Origin: Dehalococcoidia bacterium
Lineage (GTDB): Bacteria; Chloroflexota; Dehalococcoidia; Lucifugimonadales; JAGWBF01
Reading direction: 5' to 3'
DNA length: 64,000 bases
NCBI GenBank assembly: GCA_965207305.1
Contig: CBDBMB010000002.1
Coordinates: 303,344-367,343, forward strand
A program made the translations under genes and the position numbers. The notes below the pieces were generated by a model, which saw only the letters and a program-made list of their open reading frames with translations, had not been told where the DNA came from and did no database searches. Positions 1 to 7,953 of the stretch are shown piece after piece; position 1 is the first letter of the stretch; every line of letters starts with the position of its first letter.

Positions 1-156
1 CAGAAGCTCCGTCTCCCTGCCGTTGACCTCGGCCATCACCTGGATGCACACGCCCTGGTCGGGATTGCTCGCCCCGACCTTGCCGCCGTCGATGTTACGG
101 TGTTGAAGGGCGAACTCCACCGTGCCGGCGTTTATCCTGGTGCTTCCGATCTCCAT
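1..156 (-). CDS. hypothetical protein, first 52 codons only (gene continues beyond the left edge)
   Basis: Minus-strand ATG at 156-154, a few nt after AAGGAGGGG (rev-comp of 160-170). Translation is MEIGSTRINAGTVEFALQHRNIDGGKVGASNPDQGVCIQVMAEVNGRETELL with G/C-rich third positions. It is absent from the ORF track because no stop lies in the window. Family not recognised. Confidence 0.4.
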   Translation of the reverse strand, partial: MEIGSTRINAGTVEFALQHRNIDGGKVGASNPDQGVCIQVMAEVNGRETELL

Positions 157-295
157 GGTCCCCTCCTTCGCAGCGTTCTTGCCAATATCATTGTGTCAAT
201 AGTCATTATAGGACTGGAGGACGGCTTCCGCAAACGAGGGGGACCTGTCGTTGCCATGAAGAACACGTTTGCAGTATCCCCCTTGGCGAACTGCC

Positions 296-380
296 CAACC
301 CGTCGTTCCGGCGAAGGCCGGAACCCAGGGGTGTGGCCGGGGGTACGTGGATGCCTGCTTGCGACGGCATGACGGAGAGG
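296..380. repeat. REP-like intergenic hairpin element, copy 1 (unit plus degenerate inverted unit)
   Basis: CCCGTCGTTCCGGCGAAGGCCGGAACCCAGGGGTG (299-333) contains the perfect hairpin TTCCGGC-GAAG-GCCGGAA (306-323). A degenerate inverted unit GGATGCCTGCTTGCGACGGCATGACGG lies at 349-375. Near-identical units occur at 15792-15830 and 20777-20816. Confidence 0.8.
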
Positions 381-510
381 GGCGCTGTGGGGTGTTGCCA
401 TTGCGTGGAGGCTCGGCTCTCGGCTGCCTGAGGGCGAAGGGGCGCGGCAAGGCGAGGGGTACGGGGAGCCGAGTGTGCCGGGCAGGGATGGCCCGGCGGG
501 CCGTGTGCGC

Positions 511-1815
511 CTACGTTGGGGCCAGGGCCTCCACTCCCTTGGAGTAGATGGTGCGCAGGTGGGCCGTGACGAAGGTGCCTATCATCAGCCATATGAAGAT
601 CAGCCCGGTCCCGCTCAGGAGGAAGCGCGCAGTCATCCATGACAGGTCCATCAGGACTCCGTTCACGGCGTTGAACCCGCCCATTGCGCCCTGGGAGTGC
701 CACGTGTTGGCGCTCATCACCCGCCCCCGCAGCCCGTCGGGCGTGATGAACTGGACCATGCCGTGGCTGAGGGTCATGAACCCCGCCGTCATGGCCCCCA
801 TGAACGCAGCGGCGGCCATGGCCGTGGGCACGCTGAAGGTGAAGCTCAGCATCATTGGGGCCGCGCCGCTGAGCAGCCCGAATCCAAGGAACAGCTTGCC
901 CCTGATGCCCGGGTCCTGGACCCGTGCCAGGCTGAGGTTCCCTATCATGGAGCCGCCGCCCACGGCTATCATCAGGTAGGTCGGGCCCTCGAACACCCCC
1001 TGCTCCGACAGCATCCTCAGCTCGGTGCGGGAGAAGAATGGGAACACCGACTCGAAGGCCATGGTCAGGGCGCAATGGAGCACCGTGAGACCCACCAGGT
1101 ACAGGAGCAGAGGGTGGGTGTAGATGTACCTGACCCCCGCCACCAAGTTGAACACGGCCCCCCGGCCCACGTCGATGATGCCCCGGGAGACCGTGCCGAT
1201 GGTGGCCACCTGGAACCATCCCACCGCGTACAGGGCGGCGGGCATGAAGAAGGCCGGCTCGGGGTCGGCGAAGCGGATCACGGGCAGGGTCACCAGGGGG
1301 CCCATCATGCGGGAGCCCTGCTGCATGAACTGGCTCAGGGCCACCGCGTTGAGCAGACGCTCCCGGGGCACCAGGTTGGGCAGCAGGGCCTGGTTCGTGG
1401 GAAGCTCCGTGGCCCGGATGCAGCCATTGAACACGGCCAGTATCAGGATGTGGTACTCGTTGATGAGGTAGCCGTCCGAGTCCCCACGGAACAACAGCAA
1501 GGCCAGCAGCACGGTGTGGGCCAGGTTCAGCGCGTAGGTGACGGCCAGGACCCTGCGGCGGTCGAACCGGTCGGCCAGCAGGCCTGAGAGGGGCGTGACC
1601 ACCAGGCTGGGCAGGAGGGCCGCCATGGTCGCGAACCCGACCCAGGCGTTGGACTCGGTCATCCGGTAGACCAGGGCGCCCCGGAGGACGATGAGCGCCC
1701 ACGCCGCCGACTGGGATGTGGCAGTGGCTATCCACAGGCGCCGGTAATCGGGGTAGGCCAGGGACGCGAAGAACCCTGGTTTCTCCGATGGCTGCCGGTT
1801 ATCGTCTTGTTCCAC
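511..1815 (-). CDS. MFS transporter (EntS/MFS_3-like)
   Basis: 434-aa ORF with GTG start, about 12 hydrophobic segments and an MFS loop motif LSGLLADRFDRRRVL. Confidence 0.85.
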   Translation of the reverse strand: MEQDDNRQPSEKPGFFASLAYPDYRRLWIATATSQSAAWALIVLRGALVYRMTESNAWVGFATMAALLPSLVVTPLSGLLADRFDRRRVLAVTYALNLAHTVLLALLLFRGDSDGYLINEYHILILAVFNGCIRATELPTNQALLPNLVPRERLLNAVALSQFMQQGSRMMGPLVTLPVIRFADPEPAFFMPAALYAVGWFQVATIGTVSRGIIDVGRGAVFNLVAGVRYIYTHPLLLYLVGLTVLHCALTMAFESVFPFFSRTELRMLSEQGVFEGPTYLMIAVGGGSMIGNLSLARVQDPGIRGKLFLGFGLLSGAAPMMLSFTFSVPTAMAAAAFMGAMTAGFMTLSHGMVQFITPDGLRGRVMSANTWHSQGAMGGFNAVNGVLMDLSWMTARFLLSGTGLIFIWLMIGTFVTAHLRTIYSKGVEALAPT

Positions 1816-1934
1816 TCACACCGTCGGGTTGCCTAGGCTTGCAGGTCACGAGGAGAGCCCCAAGGGATTGTACCAGACTGCTCCAAGGCCCAACAACCGG
1901 ATGCCTTCTGTTCGACAATCGCGCCGCCGGCAAC

Positions 1935-2474
1935 TCAGGGCGCGCCGTCGGGCTCGGTGATGTAGCCCGCCAGCAGCATGACCAGCTCCACCATGAGGAG
2001 CTTGTTCCAGGCCATGCTCGTCCGCAGGGCGAGCTCGGTATCCTCCATCTCGCGGAGGAGCAGGTCTGCGATGGCGGACTGGACGAAGGAGATGGTGCCA
2101 ATCATGTGCCGCGACGGCACCGGCCCCAGGTGCTCCCGGTGGGCCGGCGGGTAGCCGTGGCTTATCCCCATGGCCAGCAGGTAGCCCGCGAAGCGCTCGT
2201 CCAGGTCGCAGGCCGCGGTCTCCCTGAGCCACCTGATCAGCGTGTGCTTGCGCCGGGCCAGCCTCTCCTCGTCCACCTCGCCGGTCTCGGTCAGGAAGAA
2301 CTTCCGGGCCTGGGGATATGCCATGAAGTGGTCGTACACCGCGTCCGTCAGGGCCTTGGCGTGCTCGTCGATCATGGGGGCGCTGGCCCGGACGAGCCCC
2401 TTGGCGTCCTCGTCGAGGCCCACGAAGGAGGCCATCTCCTCCATCCTCGCGGGCCAGTTGACCACGTACCTCAT
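1935..2474 (-). CDS. stand-alone protoglobin / globin-sensor-domain protein
   Basis: 179 aa; GGAGG lies 6 nt before the ATG. The layout resembles the globin-coupled-sensor globin domain (MEEMASFVGLDEDAKGLV..., DAVYDHFMAYPQARKFF, candidate proximal His in GISHGYPP). No output domain is fused. Confidence 0.65.
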   Translation of the reverse strand: MRYVVNWPARMEEMASFVGLDEDAKGLVRASAPMIDEHAKALTDAVYDHFMAYPQARKFFLTETGEVDEERLARRKHTLIRWLRETAACDLDERFAGYLLAMGISHGYPPAHREHLGPVPSRHMIGTISFVQSAIADLLLREMEDTELALRTSMAWNKLLMVELVMLLAGYITEPDGAP

Positions 2475-2629
2475 GGCCGGCCTCCATTCGAGAGATGAAG
2501 GGGGGACAGATGGACGGGCGGGTCAAGGCGGGAGCTGACAGCGATGGCAGTCATGGCCGTACCGATGGTAGACCGGGCCCGAAGACGGTGTCAAGGCTGC
2601 TTGGCGCCGCCCGAACCCGCTGCGTTAGC

Positions 2630-2659
2630 TTGACAATGACTCGCTTCCCGTCCAATACT
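2630..2659 (+). promoter_or_regulatory. candidate sigma70-type promoter of the small-subunit/amidase operon
   Basis: Perfect TTGACA (2630-2635), 18-nt spacer, AATACT (2654-2659), about 70 nt upstream of the ATG at 2731. Confidence 0.45.
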
Positions 2660-2662
2660 GTG

Positions 2663-2717
2663 CTCATCCCAACGCTGTACTCATCCACCGTACTCATCCC
2701 TCGTCCTGGACTCATCC
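2663..2717 (+). promoter_or_regulatory. four direct CTCATCC repeats in the leader
   Basis: CTCATCC at 2663, 2680, 2693 and 2711 (three of them as GTACTCATCC or GGACTCATCC). They lie between the putative -10 and the AAGGAGG RBS. Confidence 0.6.
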
Positions 2718-2730
2718 AAGGAGGTTGCCG

Positions 2731-2934
2731 ATGTCGACTCAAGGTCCCGGGAGCATATCCATGGACGAGTTCAGGCTGATGGCCGAGAGGGCAGGCCTGG
2801 GGCTCACCGAGAGCGAGCTCGAGGAGCTGAAGCCCCTTTACGAGCTGTACCTTCCCCACATCGAGAAGCTCCACTCGGTGGAGCTGGGCGCCGAGGAGAT
2901 AAGCCTCTCCTTCCAAGCCGACTGGCCGTCCTAA
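2731..2934 (+). CDS. GatC/AtzG-like small protein (putative amidase partner subunit)
   Basis: 67 aa; AAGGAGG lies 6 nt before the ATG. MDEFRLMAERAGLGLTESELEELKPLYELYLPHIEKLHSVEL matches the GatC N-terminal pattern (L-A-R-L-x-L-T/S-x-E-E-x-E ... L). A paralogue is at 7579-7773. Confidence 0.7.
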   Translation: MSTQGPGSISMDEFRLMAERAGLGLTESELEELKPLYELYLPHIEKLHSVELGAEEISLSFQADWPS

Positions 2935-3063
2935 TGGCCGGGGCGGGAGAGGCCGGCTTCCCGGGTCCCCTCGTGAAGGGGCCTGAACGCCGAGGTCCCT
3001 TCTCCCATCCGGCTGCACCTTGCCCATCTGGTTGCACCTTGAACGAAATTGGGGGTGAAGAGA

Positions 3064-4470
3064 ATGGCCGGCGCCGACACCAACCTGTGCTACCTGACCA
3101 TAGGCGAGGCCGGCGGCCTGATACGCCGGGGCGAGCTGTCCCCCGTCGAGCTGACGCGGGCGTTCCTGGACCGCATCGAGGCGGTGGACGGGAGGCTCCA
3201 CGCCTTCATCACGGTCCTGGCCGACGAGGCCCTGGCCGAGGCCCGCGCGGCGGAGGCGGAGATCCTCAAGGGTGAGTACCGGGGCGCCCTGCACGGCATC
3301 CCCCTGGCCCACAAGGACCTGTACGATACGGCCGGCGTGCGCACCACCTCGGGGTCCCGGGTGGATGAGCACCGGGTCCCCTCCGAGGACTCTACCGTCA
3401 TCGCCCGATACCGTGAGGCCGGGAGCGTGCTGCTGGGCAAGCTCAGCATGCACGAGTTCGCCCTGGGCGGCCCGGACTTCACCACCCCCTTCCAGCCGGC
3501 CCGGAACCCCTGGAACCTGGAGCACATCCCCGGCGGCTCCAGCAGCGGCTCCGGCGCCGCGGTGGCCGCCGGGCTCTGCATGGGCGCCCTGGGCTCCTGC
3601 ACCGGCGGCTCCATACGGGGCCCCGCGTTCCTGTGCGGCACCGTGGGGCTCAAGGCCACCTACGGCCGCGTGAGCCGGGCCGGCGTCGTGACCCTGAGCT
3701 GGTCCCAGGACCACTGCGGCCCCTTGACCTGGACCGTGGAGGACACCGCCCACATGCTCCAGGCCATCGCGGGCCACGACCCCAGGGACCCCACCAGCAG
3801 CCGGGCCCCGGTGCCAGACTACTCCCTCTCTCTGCGGGAGGACGTCCGCGGGCTGGTGGTCGGAGTCCCCAGGGACTTCTTCTTCTCCCCGAACCCGGCG
3901 GTCAGCGGGGAGGTCCAGTCCATCGTCGAGAAGGTCCTGGTGGACCTGGAGGGCCTGGGGGCCAACCTGACGGAGGTGAGCATTCCCAGCCTGGAGTACG
4001 AGCGGGGAGTCAACTCGGTCATCATGCTCTCAGAGGCCTTCGCCTTCCATGAGAAGAACCTGCAGACGCGGGCCCACGACTTCGGCGAGATGGTGCGGGA
4101 ACGGTTCCGCCTGGGCGGTCTTCTGAACGCCAGCGACTACGTGCAGGCCCAACGGGTCCGCCAGGTGATAAAGCGGGAGACGGCCGAGGTGATGAAGGGG
4201 GTGGACGTGCTGGTGACCCCCACCATGACCCAGCCGGCGGCCAGGATGGACGTCTACGACCCGGCGTCTACCATGCATGGCCCCAGTTTCACCGCGCCGT
4301 TTAACATAACCGGACTTCCGGCCATGTCGGTGCCCGCGGGGTTCACGGCCGACGGCCTGCCCGTGGGGATGCAGGTGGTGGGCAAGCCCTTCGACGAGCC
4401 CACGGTGTTGCGGGTGGGCCACACCTACGAGCGGCACGCCCGCTGGTACGAGCGACGCCCGCCGATCTAG
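3064..4470 (+). CDS. amidase-signature family amidase (GatA/AtzE-like)
   Basis: The ORF track gives 3049..4470 (TTG start); the ATG at 3064 has a GGGGG RBS. It has the AS motif GGSSSGSGAAVAAG and KDLYDTAG (catalytic Lys region). Confidence 0.9.
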   Translation: MAGADTNLCYLTIGEAGGLIRRGELSPVELTRAFLDRIEAVDGRLHAFITVLADEALAEARAAEAEILKGEYRGALHGIPLAHKDLYDTAGVRTTSGSRVDEHRVPSEDSTVIARYREAGSVLLGKLSMHEFALGGPDFTTPFQPARNPWNLEHIPGGSSSGSGAAVAAGLCMGALGSCTGGSIRGPAFLCGTVGLKATYGRVSRAGVVTLSWSQDHCGPLTWTVEDTAHMLQAIAGHDPRDPTSSRAPVPDYSLSLREDVRGLVVGVPRDFFFSPNPAVSGEVQSIVEKVLVDLEGLGANLTEVSIPSLEYERGVNSVIMLSEAFAFHEKNLQTRAHDFGEMVRERFRLGGLLNASDYVQAQRVRQVIKRETAEVMKGVDVLVTPTMTQPAARMDVYDPASTMHGPSFTAPFNITGLPAMSVPAGFTADGLPVGMQVVGKPFDEPTVLRVGHTYERHARWYERRPPI

Positions 4471-4504
4471 GACCGGCACTCTCCCAACTCACAAGGAGGG
4501 ACCC

Positions 4505-5380
4505 ATGAGACCCACCACAAGGCTGCGGCAGATGCTCCGGGAGCCCGGCATCATAGTGGCGCCGGGGGCCTACGATTGCCTCACGGCCAAGATCATCGAG
4601 CGGGTGGGGTTTCCCGCCATATACATGACCGGCAGCGGCACCGCCGCCTCCCGGGTCGGCGAGGCCGACCTGGGCATGGCGACCATGACGGAGATGGTCG
4701 CCAACGCCGCCAACATCGTCGCCAGGGTGGACCTGCCCGTCATCGCCGACGCCGATACCGGCTACGGAGGCATCCTCAACATCCACCGGACGGTGCGCCA
4801 GTACGAGCGGGCGGGGGTGGCCGCCATCCACATCGAGGACCAGGACGTCCCCAAGCGGTGCGGGCACCTGGACGACAAGGTGGTGATCCCGGCCGATGAC
4901 ATGTGCCAGAAGATCCGCGCCGCGGTGGACTCCCGCACCGACGATGACTTCGTGATCATCGTGCGCACCGACGCCCTGGCCGTCACCGGGCTGGAGGACA
5001 CCCTGAACCGCTGCCAGGAGTACGTGAAGGCGGGCGCCGACGTGTTGTTCATCGAGGCCATCCGCACGCCCGAGGAGATCGACCGGGTCACCCGCGAGTT
5101 CGACGTCCCCCTGCTGTACAACTTCGTGGAGAAGGGGAAGTCGCCGCTGATCCCAGCCCCCGAGCTGGCGGAGCTGGGGTTCAAGATCGTCATCTACCCC
5201 GGCGCCGCCATGTTCACCGTCTGCAAGGTCATCGGCGGTGTGATGGAGCACCTGAAGACCCACGGCACCACTGAGGCGCTGCTGGACGACATGGTGAGCC
5301 CGGTAGAGTTCTTCGAGACCGTGGGCCTCTCGGAGATGCTGGCCTTCGACGCCCGGTTCGCCCCCGTGCCGCAGCCGTAG
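4505..5380 (+). CDS. isocitrate lyase / PEP mutase family enzyme (methylisocitrate lyase / carboxyvinyl-carboxyphosphonate phosphorylmutase-like)
   Basis: 291 aa; AAGGAGGG RBS. Motifs IYMTGSG, ADADTGYG and IEDQDVPKRCGH are typical of the family. Confidence 0.85.
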   Translation: MRPTTRLRQMLREPGIIVAPGAYDCLTAKIIERVGFPAIYMTGSGTAASRVGEADLGMATMTEMVANAANIVARVDLPVIADADTGYGGILNIHRTVRQYERAGVAAIHIEDQDVPKRCGHLDDKVVIPADDMCQKIRAAVDSRTDDDFVIIVRTDALAVTGLEDTLNRCQEYVKAGADVLFIEAIRTPEEIDRVTREFDVPLLYNFVEKGKSPLIPAPELAELGFKIVIYPGAAMFTVCKVIGGVMEHLKTHGTTEALLDDMVSPVEFFETVGLSEMLAFDARFAPVPQP

Positions 5381-5415
5381 GGCCGTTTCCCAGTCAGGCG
5401 CTCAGCCGGGTTCGA

Positions 5416-6117
5416 TTACCTGGATCGTGGTGCGGCTGGAGTTGGAGAACAGCCATGCCCCGCTAGCAGGGCCTTTAGCCGGGGCAGCAGTCTGGGTATG
5501 TACTCGTGGATGACATCCCAGGTGGCGTCGTCGTCAATGGACCAGCACCGGTGAATGACGTCGTTACCCGTCTTTGCGATTCTGCCCCACGGGATTTGGG
5601 AGTCCGCCTCGCGCACCGCCTTCGGGACGTTGGTGGCCGCTTTGCCCATGAGGGTGAGATTGTGCATGACGGCGTAACGGGTGCGCATGTCGGTCACGAA
5701 CGCGGCCTGGTCGAGTCCGGACGTGTACTCCAACACCCTTCCGCAGGACTCGATCATATCCTCGACGTAGAAACGCCACTCCCGGGTTGGCTGCGAACCC
5801 GTGTCAGGCATGGGCATCCCCTCTTTTGAGAGGTCGATAGCCTCCGCTTGGACGTAGGGGCGCACCTCCTGGCGCAGGGTTTTCTCGGTAGCCAGGTCAA
5901 CCGGGTGGCCCAGCAAGTCTTCGAGATAGGCCTGCGCCTCGAACAAGCGCTTCGACCCCATAGGGCCGTCGAAGCGGGCCAGTATGTCAACGTCGCTGGC
6001 TTGTGTTGCCTGGTCGCGGGCGTAGGAGCCGAAGAGCGCCAGGTGGGTAACGCCGAACCGCTGGGCCAGAGTATCCTTGTGCGCCCGGAGGAGGGTCAGC
6101 ACCTCATCCCTGGTCAT
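5416..6117 (-). CDS. fused nucleotidyltransferase (MNT/MntA-like) and DUF86 HEPN (HepT-like) protein
   Basis: Single 233-aa frame. The N-terminal part has LALFGSYARDQATQASDVDIL (GSxxR...DxD NTase motif). The C-terminal part has the DUF86 pattern YAVMHNLTLMGKAA...IPWGRIAKTGNDVIHRCW. An internal AGAGGGG plus ATG sits at 5811-5817. Confidence 0.75.
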   Translation of the reverse strand: MTRDEVLTLLRAHKDTLAQRFGVTHLALFGSYARDQATQASDVDILARFDGPMGSKRLFEAQAYLEDLLGHPVDLATEKTLRQEVRPYVQAEAIDLSKEGMPMPDTGSQPTREWRFYVEDMIESCGRVLEYTSGLDQAAFVTDMRTRYAVMHNLTLMGKAATNVPKAVREADSQIPWGRIAKTGNDVIHRCWSIDDDATWDVIHEYIPRLLPRLKALLAGHGCSPTPAAPRSR

Positions 6118-6145
6118 TGCCGCGCCCCTCTGCCCCCGGCCCCGC

Positions 6146-7579
6146 CTACCCCTGGTCGACCAGGGCCGGGCGGCGGCCCCGGGCGGGGGACACGGCCTCG
6201 TAAGCGCGGCCCACCCGGAACAGGGTCGTCTCGTCGAAGGGGCGGCCGATGATCTGCAGCCCTATGGGCAGGCCGGCCCCGCTGAAGCCGCAGGGTACAC
6301 TGATGGCCGGGAAGCCGGTGGCGTTGCTGGGCTGGGTGCACCGGGACACGATACCCGAGCCCGGGCCCCGGACGGGTTGCTCCACGTCGCCGATGCGCAG
6401 GGTCTCCTGGTCGATGCGGTGGGCCGGGTTGGGCATGGTGGGCGTTGCGATGAAGTCGACCTGCTGCAGCACCCGTGCGTGCTCCTCCTTCAGCAGGCGT
6501 TGGACCTTGAGGGCCTTGGCGTAGTGGGTGCCGAGGACGAACTGGCCCCCCAACGTGCGGTACAGGACGGTGGGGCCGTAGTCCTCCCGGTTGGACTTCA
6601 GGTAGGGCTCGTGGGCGACCATGCTGTCCGCCATGAAGGAGAAGCGCATGGCGCCATGGTACCTGAGCGAGGGTATGCTCACCTCCACCGGCTCCGCTCC
6701 CAGCTCCTCCAGCGCGGCGATGGCCCGGCGCACGGTCTGCTCCACCTCCGGGTCCAGCAGGTCGAAGTAGTAGTTGGACGGGATGCCCATCTTCAGGCCC
6801 TTGACTCCCCTTTCCAGGTCCGCGGTGAAGTCGGGCACCGGGACGGGCACCGTGCTGGGCTCCAGCGGGTCGTAGCCCGCCATGGCCTGGAGCACCAGGG
6901 CGCTGTCCTCCACCGAGCGCGTCAGGGGCCCGATGTGGTCGCCGTTGAAGCTGGTGACCAGCAGGCCCCGCTGGCTGACGCGGCCGAAGGTCTGCTTGAG
7001 CCCGACTATGCCGCAGTAGGAGCCCGGGCCCCTCACGGAGCCCCCCAGGTCGGTGCCCAGGGAGGCGAAGGTCACGCAGGCCGCCGCGTTGGCACCGCCG
7101 CCGCCGCTGGAGCCCCCGGCCACGTGGTCCAGGTTCCACGGGTTGTGGACCGCCCCGTAGTGGGCGTTGATGGACGTGGGCCCGGCGGCGAACTCCTCCA
7201 GGTTCTCCTTGCCCAGGACTATCGCCCCGGCGTCCTTGCATAGCCGCACCACGTGGGCGTCCTCGTCGGGCACGTGGTCGGCCAGCACCTTGGAGCCCAC
7301 GGTGGTGCGGATGCCGCCGGTGGCGATGTTGTCCTTGATGCCGATGGGAATGCCGTGCAGCGGCCCCCGGTAGTCGCCCCGGGCCAGGGCCTCCTCGGCC
7401 TCCCTGGCCTGCCTGCGCGCGTCGTCGTGGAGGATGGTGATGAAGGAGTTGATGGTCGGCTGGAGCCGGTCGGCCATGGCCAGCGCGGCCTCGGTGACCT
7501 CCACGGGGGAGACCTCCCCGGCCCTGATCCTCGGGGCAAGCTCGGATATGGTGAGCCTGGCAAGCTGCGTGTCTGCCAT
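6146..7579 (-). CDS. amidase-signature family amidase (GatA/AtzE-like), second copy
   Basis: 477 aa with GIPIGIKDNI and GGSSGGGGANAAA motifs. Its start overlaps the stop of the upstream small ORF by 1 nt (TGATG). Confidence 0.9.
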   Translation of the reverse strand: MADTQLARLTISELAPRIRAGEVSPVEVTEAALAMADRLQPTINSFITILHDDARRQAREAEEALARGDYRGPLHGIPIGIKDNIATGGIRTTVGSKVLADHVPDEDAHVVRLCKDAGAIVLGKENLEEFAAGPTSINAHYGAVHNPWNLDHVAGGSSGGGGANAAACVTFASLGTDLGGSVRGPGSYCGIVGLKQTFGRVSQRGLLVTSFNGDHIGPLTRSVEDSALVLQAMAGYDPLEPSTVPVPVPDFTADLERGVKGLKMGIPSNYYFDLLDPEVEQTVRRAIAALEELGAEPVEVSIPSLRYHGAMRFSFMADSMVAHEPYLKSNREDYGPTVLYRTLGGQFVLGTHYAKALKVQRLLKEEHARVLQQVDFIATPTMPNPAHRIDQETLRIGDVEQPVRGPGSGIVSRCTQPSNATGFPAISVPCGFSGAGLPIGLQIIGRPFDETTLFRVGRAYEAVSPARGRRPALVDQG

Positions 7580-7773
7580 CAGGACTCTCCCCCTTCCTGG
7601 GCCCTCAGCAGCCGGCCCGAGAGCACGGCGGACAGGTCCAGGTCTCCCAGGGCCTCCACCTCCCGCGTGTAGGCGTCCACCTCCAGCCGCACCAGGGCCA
7701 GCTCTTCGTCGGTCAGCTCGAAGCCCTGGTAGTCTCGTATCATCGCCCTGAGGGTCTCGTCAGTGATGTGCAT
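7579..7773 (-). CDS. GatC/AtzG-like small protein, second copy
   Basis: 64 aa; GGGAGG lies 8 nt before the ATG. ITDETLRAMIRDYQGFELTDEELALVRLEVDAYTREVEALGDLDLSAV parallels the GatC N-terminal half. Confidence 0.7.
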   Translation of the reverse strand: MHITDETLRAMIRDYQGFELTDEELALVRLEVDAYTREVEALGDLDLSAVLSGRLLRAQEGGES

Positions 7774-7953
7774 GGATACAACCTCCCAAGGTCCCGCCGG
7801 ACGCTGGGAGTGTAATTCAGGGGCGCGGCCAAGTCAATCGAGGACCGTCCGCGCCGGGGGCCGCGCTTGCCGCTTCCGTGAGGATGGAGTATCTTGTACC
7901 AGACTTGCCCCACACGGCGTGCGGCGTCACACTTCACCCAGGAGTTTCCGACC

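Noticed and set aside
206-1735. 509-aa minus-strand ORF and other long ORFs overlapping the MFS transporter gene (for example 697..1587 +)
   Set aside because: They have Arg/Pro/Gly/His-rich low-complexity translations typical of out-of-frame or antisense shadow ORFs in high-GC DNA. The 511..1815 frame gives a coherent multi-helix MFS protein instead.
5396-5425. GGGTTCGATTACC, which resembles a tRNA T-loop
   Set aside because: The flanking bases cannot form a T-stem (CCGGG versus ACCTG). No acceptor, D or anticodon arms can be drawn. I found no tRNA anywhere in the window.
2731-7773. Interpreting the two small-protein plus amidase pairs as genuine GatC-GatA of the tRNA-dependent amidotransferase
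   Set aside because: No gatB is adjacent. The small proteins lack the GatC C-terminal half. The amidases diverge from GatA around the substrate-binding segments. The context is catabolic (PEP-mutase-like gene, dehydrogenases).
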